From Paragordius varius (Eukaryota > Animalia > Nematomorpha), in assembly GCA_964247055.1 (NCBI GenBank), contig OZ176054.1:12152001-12216000 (forward strand): a DNA stretch of 64,000 bases, given 5' to 3'. Shown one piece after another: positions 24,594-39,470 of this stretch (position 1 is its first letter; the number at the start of each line of letters is the position of its first letter). The translations under genes were made by a program, and so were the position numbers. The notes below the pieces were generated by a model. That model was given only the letters and a program-made list of their open reading frames with translations, ran no database searches and was not told the origin of the DNA.

Positions 24594-26792
24594 TTTATAT
24601 ATTTATGAAAATGGAAAGTGGTGGCTTTGTGATCTGTTTCCGGAAAGCCGGTAGACCCATTCAAATCCAAATGTCCAATAAATATGATCATTAATAAATG
24701 CCTCGACAATAGCTTCGCACTTTTTTAAATTAGGCCCCCAGTTCGGGCCCATCCCATGTAAAAAAGGGTTTTTTTGGTCCACAAAAATCGTGTCTTTGAG
24801 ACAATTTTCCGGAATATGTTGGACCATTCAATTTCATATATGAATTTGTTTTACTTATACTCGATTGCGCCGAAGATGGTCGGCTCGCTTTTTTAATTTT
24901 GGCCTTATTTTTTTCCCGCTTCCCCTGTAAAATGCCACTTTTTTCAAAAAAACAAGTCCACAAAAATTATTTTTTTAAATCTATTTTTCGCCCAAGGTAT
25001 GAGACTGTAAAAATTCAATAAGGATTCCAGGTATTCTCTGTTAAAAGGCAGAAATTTTAGTCGTGCTTTTTTATGACTGCTGGGTAAGAAGATACCCGCT
25101 AAAAACTGCCCGCCATATCAAAATAGCGTGCTTTTAGGGCTAAATTTCAGAAAACCTATGCCATATGAGTTCAATAGGTGCTTAAAATGTTTCCCGTAAC
25201 AAGGCAAAAATTTAGGTCGTGCGGTTTTTCAATACTAGCCGTTAATTAGGCCCTTCACGCCCTGAAAAATGCACCATCATATAATGATTTTTCAGTTTTG
25301 AGGCAATTTTTCCAAAAACTAATGAGAGCATATGGAATCAATCATGATTCCAGGTCGCCGTAAAAGAGCAAAAATTTTAATCAAGCGCTTTTTTTGTATC
25401 AGCGTTTAAACTGCGCCACCAGACCCAAACTGGGTTGTTTAGTAGTTAATTTTCAGAAAACTTATTAGATCATATGAGTTCAACAAGGGTCTGAAATACC
25501 TGTAAAAAAGCAAAAATTTAAGTCGATCGGATTTTTAAATTGACCGTTAATTCGGCCCTTGCCCGGAAAAATAAGCCACCATAGAATGACTTTTTGGTTT
25601 TGAGGCAATTTTTTGAAAATCCCACGAGAGCATATGGAATCAATCTAAATTTCGGTATTACACGAATTAAGGAAAATATTTTAAAGCGTTATTTGTTACG
25701 CCTATGATTGTGTGACCATATCGATACAGCATGCCTCTAAGGCTAAATTTCAGAAAACCTATGAGACTTTGTGAGTTCAATAAGGATTTACTGCCCCTTA
25801 AAAACAAATATTTTGGTATAGGGGGTTATTTTAATGAGTCGTTAATAAAAGTTTTACGCCCTGCCATAGAACAATTTTGTAGTTTTAATATAATATTTCT
25901 AAGAACTAATGGGAACATATGGAATCGATGATAATTCTAGATATTCACCATATAAAGGCAAAAATTATGCCCAGGCTTTTTTTCTATCTGCCTCTATGTA
26001 AGGAGCTAACCGCAAAAAACAGCGCCACTCTAAAGAAATCGCCTTGTTTTGCAGCTAATTTACTGAAATTTTATGAAGCCATATGAGCTCATTAAAATCT
26101 TGAAATATTATCTGTAACTAGGTAAAAATTTACAGGCGTTTTATATCAATCGTTAATTTGGGGCCTTTATCCCCTAAAAATACGCCATCATATAACGATT
26201 ATTTAGTATTTTTTCGAATAACCCATGAGACGATGGAACCAAAGATGATTCCAAATATTTCCCTATAAAGGCAAAGAATTCAACTCAGCGCTTTTTCCAT
26301 ATAGTTCTATGGGTAGGGGTCTACCGGTTTAAAACTGAGACGTCATACAAAAATGGCGTGGTTTTAGTGCTAATTTTCAAAAAACTTAAGAAGCCAGACG
26401 AGTTCAGTTAAACACATTTCTGGGGAATTTGTATAATATATTCTTTCCTTTTAAATAGACCATAAATGATTTACTTTTTATATCCCTTGATCCCAGCGGT
26501 GTGAACACAATTTTAAAATAAAACTTTTAACCATGATTTCCTAAAACGAAAATCTTAAAATAAATCCAATCATAGTTAAATATTAACTTTATTAAGGGAC
26601 AGTTAAAATATGATCAATTTCGAGAAAACAATATTTGACCCTATGCAAAAACCCGTAAAAGAAAGTTTAAAGATATTTTTATCAAATATGCTTTTTATTA
26701 TTTTTTATCTCCATTACCTCTATTTATTGAAAAATATTAAAAACAATTATCAGTAAGACTACGTCACAGCGAAGAAAGACAGGGCCAGCTAC
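24594..26792 (+). mobile_element. Non-autonomous Helitron copy C (full length)
   Basis: 5' A|TTTATATATTTATGAAAATGG (TC mutated). Internal ~300-bp tandem units. 3' GTCACAGCGAAG.. hairpin remnant followed by GCTAC|T. Confidence 0.85.
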
Positions 26793-28730
26793 TAAGCTAA
26801 TAAAAGTAAAGAACTATATCACCTGATAAACCGCAACAAAAATCTGGTGTAAACATAGGCAAAGTATGTTTTAATTTTGTACTGCGCCAGGTTCAAAATA
26901 TCTGGTGACATTACTTTAAGAATTTAAAACACTTTTTCTGTATGATTAAATACGGCTGAATCTTTTATCACCTCAGAATTTTGATTAAAAGTTTCCGACT
27001 TAAAATTTATGTTATATATTAATTAGTTTTTTAAACTAATTCACCCAAATTAAACAAACAAACCTTTAATTCAATATTCTGAAGTAATAGGATAGTAAAT
27101 TTGTTTTTATATTACTTTAAAGTCTGTACCGTTATCATGCTTCAAAATAATATAAAGCTCACTTCACCAAAATTTTGCCATAAATTAAATTTTAAAGCAT
27201 TGGGTAAAAGTTATCAAAATCATCATAGTGCTTTTGGACTTAGCCCTTAAGAGTGATTGAAAGTTATTTACATTTTTGAAAAGTGCTTCACATCAAAAAA
27301 TTGCAAAGTTGCGCATATTTTGAAATAAAATTTATGAAAGCTTAGTGTTTCAATCCAAAGACCTCAAAAATTAAAATTATTTCACGATATTTTCGTAAAA
27401 AATTGATAAAGTTTTGAAAGTTGAATTTTTGTTTCATTAATTAATTTAAGTTTTCATTTCGATTCAAATTAGGGTATCTAAATACCCTACATTTTTAAAT
27501 TGGTACATTTAAAAAACTAGCTAATAGAATGGTCCTAATTTAAATTTATACTTCTATCCCAATCTAAATTATATAAGTAAATTAAAATATCTGAATAAAT
27601 TACGTTATAAAAAAATTCTCATCTCGAAACACTTAAAATTTACAAAAAAACTAAAATAATCCGTTTTATCTCCAGGCCCAAATCAATTTTCCAGGATCCA
27701 CTTACAACATAAATCTTCTCATAACTAATCGCATTAAAATAAGATAAAGTACGCAAATACCTTAATCAGAAAATCGGATTAAAAAAACTTGCCTCAAGTC
27801 CGTAAAAACAAAAAATCCTAACAAAATCATCTTTTTTGGCGTTTAGAAAAGTTGGGAATAGTGTACCGCAATAATATTAATTTGCCAAAAAATTATATTT
27901 ATTCATACATGCTATTTGTATCAAAGACTTGTTAACAAAAATCCGTAATATTTTGCCAAGTAGCAGAAATCCGGTGTGCAAAACCACAGAAAAAAATAAT
28001 TTATTTCAATAATTGCTATATATTTATTATTGATTTTTTTGTATATTATGTAAAACGTTAATATGCAAAATAAATAACTGTTTAATTATTAGAAATTTTT
28101 TTCTGAACTTGATCACATAGTCAAAAAAATCTATAACTCATCCATGAAAATAATCGAAAAATTGGAGATTAAATTTTATAGATGTTTACCAATCTAGCAT
28201 AGCTAAATCGGAATCCGTTGTGATTGTCCATCGAACAATTCTAAATATAAGTGACCCTATCTTCAATTTTTAAATATTTCTTGTATTGAAATCATTCTAA
28301 TCGAATGTCAACGAGATGTGTATGATTACCCACATAAATTTCGAGGGGTCTAAGATTGAGAAAAAGTGGTATTATTTTTAAGCAATCACAAAAATATAAT
28401 TAAATAACTCATGTTCTTAAAAATATTTTAAAGTTCCATGCCCGTTAAGCGCGGTTTGAGTTTCCTGATCTAATAATAAACGATTTTCTTCTAAAAAGCA
28501 AAAAGCAAGTTTTGATTTTAAAAGTTGATCGTAGGAATAATGATCAAAACTAGATTAAAAAGCAATTAAATATTAGAACGATTTTCTGCATTAGAATATA
28601 ATAGGAAAAATTGTCATTCAATAATTGTGTTTTTATAAAAAATAATACCCTAATATTACGCTGAAAATGGTTAAAAGTTATTTTTATATCTTGTTTTGAT
28701 ATTTATCATTAAAAATTAAACCGTTTTTAT

Positions 28731-28849
28731 TGATTTGGAAAATGTTTTGATTGACTCGGAAAACGTTTCGATTGACTGGAAAAACGTTTCGATTGATTGG
28801 GAAAATGTTTCAATTGACTGGGAAAACGTTTATTTTGACTGGGAAATGG
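28731..28849. repeat. 21-bp tandem repeat, ~5.6 copies
   Basis: Unit TGACTGGGAAAACGTTTCGAT with variants, containing an internal AAACGTTT palindrome. Confidence 0.9.
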
Positions 28850-31725
28850 TATATATTAAAATTTACTTGAGGTTTGTGGAATATTTTCATTATTTCTATA
28901 TAAAATTTATAAAATTATGTTGTTTTTTGAGATAAAAAACTGTCATTTAAGATAATCAAACATATATTTGGAAGCCTAATCAAAATTTATCTTCACGATG
29001 TTTTCTTTTTTTAACATAAATAGTAGATATTTGTAATTCTAGTCTGAAGCATGTTTAGATTGGAATTACAATGTATATGTTATATTTAGTTAATTAAGAT
29101 ATATATAACAAGTGTTTAGTAAATTATTTGCTTTTCAAAAACCTGGGGCCAACTACCCCAATTTGAATCAAAGGACATAAATGAATGTGTTGTATTTAAG
29201 TGTTAATAATGCTATCTGGCAATATTTATTGAAAAGTTGAAAAACTTTTTTTATTCATACTATAATAATAAATTTAAAGTTTAAGGATCAATATATTTGA
29301 AACATATGATAAGTAGGATATTTTATATCCTTAGTGTTATAATATTTTATTTGATAGTATTTCCTCAATACAAAAACCAAATTTTTCATATGGATATACC
29401 ATGTATAAAATATCCATATTGTGAAATATGATAATTTTAGTGGGTTTATAAAATTTTTACTATTAGATGTATAACAAATATATTAATTTATTTATTTATT
29501 GACAATAAATAATCCAACCTTAATTTGGCCCACTATCATATATTAAATTATTTTTTATTTAAGCACTCCAAAATATATTTAAATAGTGTTAATATGGATG
29601 GATCACAATAAAAGAAAAATTGTTAATATATATGTTTTATTTCATATCAAATAGTAAAATGCAAAAATATCCAGACAATATTTTGACTATCAATTTTCTA
29701 TTAATTTCCCAATTTTTACAAGATATAATCATCAAAATTTTAATTATTCGGATAATAAAAAAATTTAAGATAAAAAATCATTGAACTGTTTACACAGTCA
29801 AAAATATCTATTAAGTACAAATTATTTTTGCAATTTCTGCAATGATAGTAATATTAATTTTAATAAAACGTAATGTAAATATAACATAATATTTAGAATT
29901 AATTTGGTTGTCGGAAGAAATATCAACCCCTAATCATGTTTCAGGTAATAATAATATATTATATAGAGATCTATGCTTAACCGTTAATGAAGGTGTCGAA
30001 TTGGTTAACTTATCAAGACTAGGATATATCTATGGGTTTTAAATAATTTACATTGATATAGAATAAACTTTACCAACAACATTAACGTTATGAAAGAAAA
30101 TAACTATATAGTGTGGAAAGTACCGATGAATTTAATAAACCGATTTGGCGTTTCTCTGTATTACCCTAATTCAGCTCTTCTTTCCGATATATATAACATT
30201 ATGTATTATATAAAGGCACCAGTAAGCAGTGTCCATATATGATTATTTAGTATTACATTTATATTTCAAGATCTCAGCTTAATTACATAGAGATTTGCAT
30301 GAGTTACAACGCTAATTATATGTATGAATGGCACACTTTGGAACATTGTTTTAATTTTCTTGGCTACAAACCTCAACTAAGTCGCAAATTCTTTCTGCTT
30401 GGGGTAATAAAATCAAATCAAATATATAATTTTATAAAATTTGCCTTAAATACAATTAATACTTTATTACCGTTTATGATTTTGAATCCTACAGATATTG
30501 AAATTCAAACACCTAAAAAGTATTTAAGCTATTAAGCAGAATTTAAAGCTATGCCTTTTTTAGACTTTTGAGCGCATTAAACAATTTTTTTAAAAAAATG
30601 TTAAATAGCAAATACATCCTCATTTTAATCTTTTTTACCGCCATTATTTTATATAAAATTTTTTAATCGCTAATGCAACAGGCCACGCATATGGTTAGAA
30701 AAATGTAAATAATTAACTTTAAAATTTCAGACGGGATTTTATTATAAACTTAATATGTTTGGATTCAAATATCAGTTGTTCGTTTCAATCCTGTTTTGGA
30801 GCCTGTTCCAATACACTCTAGTGTAAAAAATATGTGCCTTTTTATATAATAAGAACAATGTTTGATAATTAAATTTTAACCAAAATAACGTAGGAAACTG
30901 TAGTTTTTATCTAAAATTAAGCCCTGGGAAAAACTACCCCAAAAGAAATATGAGAAAAAAGTTAAAAGGCAATTTATTTTCAACTAATTATATTAAAAAC
31001 CGGAAAAGAAGCATTTTATATATTTCAACCTTTTGTAGCTTATGTTATACCAACATAATATGAGTTCATCTTTAAACCTTTTTGAATACTATCGAAACGA
31101 TACTTCACCAAACAGTTTTGAACATAATAAATTTTTGAGTGCAATGTCACTACCTAACAACAATGCCCAAACGCAGACCCTTAGTTCTTTAAAGTCAAAT
31201 TTATCTTTAAATGAAAATCCACATGATAACGCCACCTTATATCTCAAATTTATATTAACGAATTGCGATGTCAGCAACAGTATCATTATTAATCCAAACA
31301 CTTTTTATCATATGGATAAAAATATTTATTAATTATGATATAGTAGGTAATTTATTTTAGAAATTAGTTTTTAAGTGAAAATATGACGTTAAGAAGCCAC
31401 GAACATCGTTTTGATAATTATTAAGTTCAGGTAAATTAAATAATTACGCAGCATAAAATAGAAAGCTGTTTAGAAAGTTTAAAAACCGCTATAAAACCGT
31501 TCTTTAAACAACCGTTTGCGGGATTTAGATTAAAAATTATTACAATTAGATTTTATTTGGATTCTTTTTCTTCATTATATTTATTGCTATATAAACTTAC
31601 CGTTAACACTTTTAAATTTATAATTTTAATATCATTTGATTGAATTAGAGCTATATTGTAGCGGGATATTTAAAGTATATTGTATCCTATCCGGAGTTTG
31701 TTATAATACCAATTATACACTACTC

Positions 31726-31966
31726 CGGCGTGTCCAACACAAATGGCTCAGGGCCGCATTTTAAACTCAAAAATTATGGCGGCCCGCATAAATATAAATG
31801 GACAATAACAAATATTTTAATATATATCAAAAATACACTATAAAATGCATAATCAATATAACTTTTTAAAGTTCGTTGTCAGTTTTAGACTTATTGTGTC
31901 AATTTTACCAAGATTTCTAAGCATAATTTTTCCAATAAATTATTTGCGCGGCGCATATTGACTCCT
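31726..31966. mobile_element. Degenerate hAT MITE
   Basis: Starts CGGCGTGTCCAACAC and ends GACTCCTG. Flanks CACTACTC / CAGTACTC match at 7 of 8 positions. Subterminal GGGCCGCA motifs. Confidence 0.6.
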
Positions 31967-33232
31967 GCAGTACTCAATTAGGGAATGTTGCAATTTTGAT
32001 CTAATTACACTTGTTAGTCAAATTTTAGCGCATTTATAATTATATTTGGCTTCTTTAAAAAATTTAACATAAGGCGCGGGGACATTTGTCGTTGAATTTT
32101 GCCTAATTATGGAACAGCTCTAACTTTTTTAATGCTCGAAACCAGTTTATACTTCCAAAATTTTTGGAGTGTTATAAACAATCAATTGTAAATATAATTA
32201 CCCATAAATATTTAGATCAACAAATTTTTTTTAAGATTTTCGTTAAAATGAGGAATTAAATATCCTCGGTAGCGTGTGTTAGGATAATTTTAACATCTTT
32301 TATAATTAGTCATAGTGGTGTCTAATTAATAAAAGCAATCCATCGAATAATAGAAAGTAACAGGATATTATTAATTTTATCGTATGAATCTCGATTTATT
32401 AATTCTTAACATTTATAAATTTGTTCATATAGCTTATTTATCGGCTCATTTTCGAGGAATGAGTAAACGAAACACAATGTTAGGGTCAGGTTAGATTTTT
32501 ATGATAAATAATACCAGATCTAATTATTATGGAACGCTCCCTATGTCAATACGTGAAATCTAATGGAGTTTATAGCCTATTCACTATCAAAAAACAGGGT
32601 TTTATTAGGTATAGCTATCTAATGTTTATATTTTCATCAAATTCCATTTTTTAAAAAACAATCTATTGATATACGTTATCTCATAGAAAAAACCCAAAGA
32701 TATCATTTTTTGGTGTAAAAAGACTAAAAAATTTTGTTCGAATTCGGCCAGTATCGATAACCGTAATTTTGACACATTTTGGTAACATTTTACGCAAAAG
32801 TTTAAAATATATAGATTATTAAATATATAACATGCAAAAAATACGTTTATCTTTTTAACGGCTGGTCCATTAAACACAAGCAACGATTGCGCGTTTACAC
32901 ATTGATGTCAAACATATGAATTTTTGCAAGATACCATAGGCCAATAAATTTAAAATTTTAAAAATATTTTGTTAAAACGAATTTGTTATAGGAAATTTAT
33001 AATGCTTATTGAAAACAGTTAAATATTAATGATTAGATGCTAACCCAGGGAATATTTATGGTAAAATATCAAAATGCACCTAACTAAAATTAATTTTATG
33101 AAAAATGTGCCTTTGTTATAAATCAATGATGTGCTGAAACGTATTTTAAATATGTGTATTCTTACATATAAGTATTTTTATAGAGCTATTCAATTTTTAC
33201 ATTTTAGAAAGACAAATTATTATATTTATATA

Positions 33233-35518
33233 TTAGCTGCCCTCTCACGCTTCGCTGTGACTTAGTCTCACCGATAATTATTCTTATTAATTTCCATAAA
33301 TAGAAGTAATGGAGATAAAAATAATAAAATGTATATTTAATAAAAAGAAGTCTTTAATTATCTTTTTACGGGTTTTTGCATACAAATATTGTGTACTCGA
33401 AATCGACCATATTTAAACTGTCCCTTATTAAAGTTAATATTCAACTATCATCGAATTTATTTTAAGATTTTCGTTTAACAAAATCATGGTTAAAAGTTTT
33501 ATTTGGTTTTCCAAAATAAATCATTCGTGGTCTCTTTTTTAAAGAAAAGAATGATATCATACAAATTCTCCTGAAATGTGTTTATAACTCATATGGCTTT
33601 TTAAGTTTTTTGAAAAATAGTTCCAAAACCGCGCCATTTATGGCGTCTCAGTTTTAAACCGGTAATCTACCCATAGACGTATATGGAAAAAGCTCTGAGT
33701 TAAATTCTTTGCCTTTATAGGGAAAATATTTGGAATCATCTTTGATACCATCGTGTCATGGGCTATTCGAAAAAATACCTCAACACTAAATAATCCTTAT
33801 ATGATGGCGTGCTTTTAGGGCATAAGGGCCCCAAATTAACGGATAATAAAAAAATGCTTGACCTTAGTTTTTACATAGTTACGGGTAATGCTTTTAATGA
33901 GCTCATATGGCTTCATAAATTTTCTGTAAATTAGCTCCAAATCAACGCAATTTTTGGCGGATAGCTCCTTCCTAAGGGCAGGAAAAAAGCATTGGGCAAA
34001 ATTTTTGCCTTTATACGGGGAATATCTGAAATTATCATGGATTCCATATGTTCCTATAAGTCTCATGGGTTTCTGAAAATTGACTCCATATATCTATATG
34101 GTGAGCATTTTTACGTGGGAAGCCCCCTAACTAGGGGCGAAACAAAAAAACGCTCGATCAAAATTTTTGTCTTAATTTGAATAATACCTGAAATCATGAT
34201 TGATTCCATATGCTCTGGTGGGATTTTTGAAAAATTGCCTCAAAACCAAAAAGTTATTCTGTGGTGACGCATTTTTCAAGGCAAGTGCCTAATTAAGGGG
34301 TAGTTCAATAACGCTCTACTTAAATTTTTGCCTCTTTACGGACAGTATTTCAAGCCCTTATTGAACTCATATGGGTTGATAAGTTTTCTAAAATTTGCCT
34401 CCAAAGTTCCGCTATATCGATATGGTGGCGCAGTTGTTGGCGGGTAGCCCCCTACCCAGAAGTCGATATAAAAAAGACGTTCGATAAAAATTTTTTATAG
34501 GGGAATAGCTGGAATCATCATTCGATCCATATGTTTTTAATAGTTTTTGGAAGAATGGCTTTAAAACCAAATAATAGTTCAATGATAGCGCATTTTTAGG
34601 GCGTAAAGGGCCTAATTAACGGCTAATTTAAAAACCACTCGACTTAAATTTTGCCTTTTTACGGGCAACATTTCAGGCCCTTATTAAAGTTATGTGGCTG
34701 ATAAGTTTTCTGAAAATTAACTCCTAAACACCGCAATTTCGATATGGTGGCGCAGTTTCAGGCGGGTAAGAAGCTCATACAAAAAAGCGCTTGATTAAAT
34801 TTTTTGTCTCTTTACGGAAAATACCTGGAATAATGATTGATTACATATGCTCTCATTAGTTTTTGGAAAAAATTCCTAAAATTAAAGAATCATTCTATGG
34901 TGACGCATTTTTCAGGGCCTAATTAACGGCTAATTTCAAAAAACCGCACGCCCTAATTTTTGCCTTGTTACGGGAATATTTTAAGCACCTATCTCATATG
35001 GCCTGATAGGTTTTCTGATATTTAGCCCCAAAGGCACGCTATTTCTATATGACGGGACAGTTTTTAACGGGTATCTCCTTACCAAGCAGCCAATATTAAA
35101 AAAAGCACGACTAAAGCTTTTGCCTTCTAACAGGGAATACCTGTAATCCTTATTGAATTTTTACGGTCTCATATCTTAGGCGAAAAATAGATTCATAAAA
35201 TTATTTTTGTGGACTTTTTTTGAAAAAATAACATTTTACGGGGGGAGCGGTTAAAAAGAGGGCCTAGCAATCAAAAATAAGTTAAAAAAAATCATATTTG
35301 AAAAATGGTTCAACACGTTTTCCCGAAAATTGTCTCAAAGACACTTGTAAAACCGTTTTTTACACGGAGTGGGCCCGAACTGGGGTCCTAATTCTAAAAA
35401 AGGCGAAGCTATTGTCGGGGCATTCATTAATGATTATATTTTTTTGCATTTGGATATGAATGGGTCTACCGGTTTTCCGTAAACAGATCACAAAGCCAGC
35501 ATTTTCATTTTTTATAGA
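33233..35518 (-). mobile_element. Non-autonomous Helitron copy D (full length)
   Basis: On the minus strand it starts A|TC at 35518 and ends CTAA|T at 33233. Intact hairpin TCACAGCGAAGCGTGA lies 8 nt before the CTRR end. Colinear with copy C. Confidence 0.85.
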
Positions 35519-36184
35519 TTTTGGGACTTATTCGATAATTTTAACATGATAAAACTCAAAAACGTTAAAATAAAAATGGATTGGAGAATATAAGAGAGTG
35601 TTATAGCTTTATTCGATTATTAATATACGAATATTTAGGCGTTTTCCCTTAATTTAAATAGTGTTATCTGTATAATCTCATTTATTTTAGGATTCTCCGA
35701 AAAAGTTTTAACCAATTTGATTATATCCTGTTTCAACCCTTAATATATTTGTCAGCTGTGTTGGGTTTGATTAGGCCCCAAAAAAATTATCAATTTACAT
35801 TATTATATGTTGGTTGTTATATTTTGCAATATATCTAGATACGTACCAATCTTAAGTGAATTTCAAACAACTAATAACAATATCAAACGGATACTAATTG
35901 TTGAGGCATATGCGAATTTCCTTAAACAGCGCGGATTCTACGAGGAATTCGTCGATTTTTTCCATCTTTCTTTCCTTAATATTTCAGCTTTCGCATGGGC
36001 TTGGTCAAATTTAAGCGCAACTGGAACGGTATATTAACTTTGTATTTGTAAACAAAAACTTATTACTTTTGATCAAAATAATTGTTTAAGTAATTAATAT
36101 TATATTTATATTATATGATATGGAAATGGAAATGGATTAAAGCCAATGCTTAGGAATAAATTTTTTGGGTAATAACTTGGTTGT

Positions 36185-36931
36185 AATATACTATAAGCTC
36201 GTCAAGAGTGTTTTTAAACACTTCAAATTGGTCTTTAAACATTTCAAGTTGGTTCTTAACTTCAAGTTGGTACTTAAACAACAAGTTGTTCCTTGAACAT
36301 TTCAAGTTAGTCCTTGAATACTTCAAGTTGGTCCTTGAACTTTTAAGTTGGTCTTTAACTTCAAGTTGGGCCCAAATCGTTTATCATTCATCTATTTTAT
36401 GATTTTTATATTTTCTATTATTTAACATAAATTTTAAATCAATATCTTTTATTAATCATTCAGAAACCCCATATCCTTATTAAATTCTTAAAAAGTATAT
36501 AAATTTTAATATGATTTTAACACCTAATCAAAAAAATATAGGTATTCTGGGTTATTAATTATATTTTTTAATAAAAACATTTATTTAAATTTGAAAATAT
36601 AGTTTGAAAAAAAGTGGTGTTTGAATAAAGTTTTATTTATGAGTAAATAAATTCATAATTAATTAAAAATATAAGGTTTAAAAATAATAAAATAATAATA
36701 TAAATGAAATATTTTGGTTAAATCCAAATTTAAAATTTTTAGGATCAAGACTAAATTGAAGTGTTCAAGGACATAATGTTCAAGGACCAACTTGAAATGT
36801 TTAAACCAACTTGAAATGTTGGACCAACTTGAAGTGTTCAAGGACCAACATGTAATGTTCTAGGACCAACTTAATGTGTTTAAGGACTAAAATGTTATTT
36901 AAAAACACTGTTGAGGTGCTTATGGTATATT
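36185..36931. mobile_element. Foldback element with arms built of 21-bp subrepeats (copy 1)
   Basis: Left arm is tandem GAACACTTCAAGTTGGTCCTT-like units (36208-36372). Right arm is the same units inverted (~36745-36915). Matching termini AATATACTATAAGC / GCTTATGGTATATT. Confidence 0.8.
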
Positions 36932-37342
36932 AATTCGAATTTATTGCAATAAATTAACGGAGTAACGTTGTTTATTAACTCAAAATAAATTATTAACGTT
37001 TAAATATTACGATAAAATTTTGTAAGAATGCATTTAAGGGTAGATTTACCCCAAAATAATAATTTAGGCCTTTGTTTTTAAAAACCTAATAATCGCATTA
37101 TTATATTTTGACATAAGTGTTTGTCAATTTAGAGTTGAATAATACTATAATCCGAGTAAAATAGTTATTTAGATCCATACTTTAAAAAATTAGTTTGGAA
37201 TACGAAATTAGTTATGATATAATAGAAAATCAGCTATTTAATGCGTTTCAAACTTTGCATTCATTGTCTATTACACCGTTGAGTTCCCTTTTTCTAAATA
37301 TAATAAATATTATTTGCCAAAAAATTGATATTTTAAAACTAT

Positions 37343-38012
37343 TTATACCATTTGCACTTCAAGAGTGTCCTTGAACACTTCAAGTTGGTCCTTGAACATT
37401 TCAAGTTGGTCCTTGAACAATTCAAGTTGGTGCTTGAAATTTATTAATTTTGATTTAACCATAATTTTTGCTTTTATTTTTTTATTTTGTTATTTATTAA
37501 CCTAATTTTCTTTATTTATTATATATCATTTTAAAATAAAATTCTTTATTAAAAAACCACTTTTTTGTTTCAAACTATTTTTTTTTCAATTGAACAAAAT
37601 TATTGACTATTAAATGTTTTTAATGAAAAATTTTGATTAATAACCCAAAAAACTTATAAATTTTTCATTTCGTGTTAAAATCTTATAAATATCCAAAATT
37701 ATTATAGGAAATTAAAAAAGATATACGGTTTCTCAAAGATTAAAAGGTGATATCGATTTAAGATTTATGTTAAATAATAGAAAATAGGTTAAAGACAATA
37801 AAATAGATGAATTATGTACGATTTGATTGATAAAAGTTAAAAACAAATCAAAAAAGTCAAAGGACCAACTTGAAGTGTTCAAGGACCAACTTGAAATGTT
37901 GAAGGACCAACTTGAACTGTTCAAGGACCAACTTGAACTGTTCAAGGACCAACTTAAAATGTTCAAGGACCCACTTGAAGTGTTCAAGGACACTCTTGAA
38001 GTGCAAATATAT
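37343..38012. mobile_element. Foldback element with 21-bp subrepeat arms (copy 2, opposite orientation to copy 1)
   Basis: ATTTGCACTTCAAGAGTGTCC ... GGACACTCTTGAAGTGCAAAT. The spacer is homologous to the copy 1 spacer, reverse-complemented. Confidence 0.8.
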
Positions 38013-38623
38013 TCTTTAGTATACCTTATCTATGACCAATTATGCAACAAGTAATTTGTGCTATATCATGCTAATGAATTTGGATGATGGGGAATTGCTA
38101 AGATACAATATTTCGAGATCAACCAAAGTATGTTTCGAATCTCTTCATCAAGTTTATTGAATTTAATACGGCCTTTAAAGGTATTTGGGTTAATACCACG
38201 GTAATAAATCCAAACAAAAGAATGAAAAGCGTCAATCCTAATAACAGGAGCTTATCTTATTAAATTTTCTAACTCACATTTGTATTAGCCTTGTATACTA
38301 ATTTTTCCAAAAAATTTTGGAGATATTAAAATATTGACAGAAAGTTTTTGCTGAAGCCTTAATCTTGAATATAATTATGCTATTGACGAATATTTATGGT
38401 AGCTTATATTTAGTCTAGATGCTTTCACTTACCAAGATTTTTAAACTTATGACTATATTCAACTATTTTAATTAGATATTAATAATATTTTGTAGAGACA
38501 ATAAGTCATTTTTGCGGCTTTTTTGTGAGTTGCCCAATTACCATCTTTTGTACGATATAAACCTGGATATTTTCGATATATTTAAAGAACGGTAATATTT
38601 TCTTAACATTTCTATGATATTTA

Positions 38624-39470
38624 CCAGGTGTAATCATAAGTCATTTTTTAGCAAATTATTAAAATATTGTACATCGGCTTCTACACATTTCGCCCATCTC
38701 TCAGGTAATATATGTGAATGCCGTGCCAGAAAAACTGAATGACTTTTGCGGCAATCCATTCGTGCCATTTTCCAACAAATTTATTAAGGTGTTGTTCAGC
38801 GGTGTTCCCCTTTGATGCGAAGTTACTTTGGTGGCCCCACGTCAGGAGAGTTCAGAGGATTGTCAAAACATTTCTAAATATCTGTAGTTTTATCAATGAC
38901 TGCTGTGAGAAACGGAGAATCATGTAGCAAAATCACTTTTATATGTTTTCTGGCCAATTCCGGTTGTTTTACGATTAATGCATTATTTAAATCCATTCCT
39001 TTTTGGCGATAGCGCTGTGTATTAACGTTTTCACTGGTTTTTCAGTAAAGAATAATACACAATATCACTCTGGTCTTATCGGAGACATGGAATTGTCCTC
39101 TTTAGACAATTTGGCATCGATGATGGACCGGAGCAAGATCAAAGCCACGATTTTACCGCTCTAGTGTACAAAATAAAGCCCGCCGGTCTTAATTTGATAC
39201 AAAAAATTAATTCTAGATTATTATGTTTGATACACTGATTTGAGTTTAATAACTCTTGTACTTGCCTTCATAGGGTGGTCGATTGGAGCACTCACACCTA
39301 TTTCCCGTGAAATCACAACTTTTCTTTCTAATGTTGTTTCACACGTGTTAATCGATTCAGTAACATCATATGCTCTGCAAAGAGATAATTTTCAGAAGCC
39401 CTTTCTTCTGGCGGCAATGCGTCTGATAAACTTAGGCGCTATTTTTTGACGAACTCAAATTATGTGAATG
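38624..39470 (-). mobile_element. Decayed mariner element (right boundary approximate)
   Basis: TA|CCAGGTGT end. Minus-strand remnants KVILLHD, NPLNSPDVGP and SINTCET..KSCDF. Nucleotide similarity to 49011-50180. Confidence 0.7.

Noticed and set aside
36185-38012. CRISPR-like appearance of short regularly repeated units
   Set aside because: The units are contiguous with no unique spacers, the context is eukaryotic, and there are no cas genes.
37827-38054. Heptad ORF KDQLEVF repeats resembling a leucine zipper (also ORFs at 36208, 36659, 37733 and 28735)
   Set aside because: These are translations of 21-bp DNA repeats within palindromic arms. Open frames appear on both strands, with no splice or start context.
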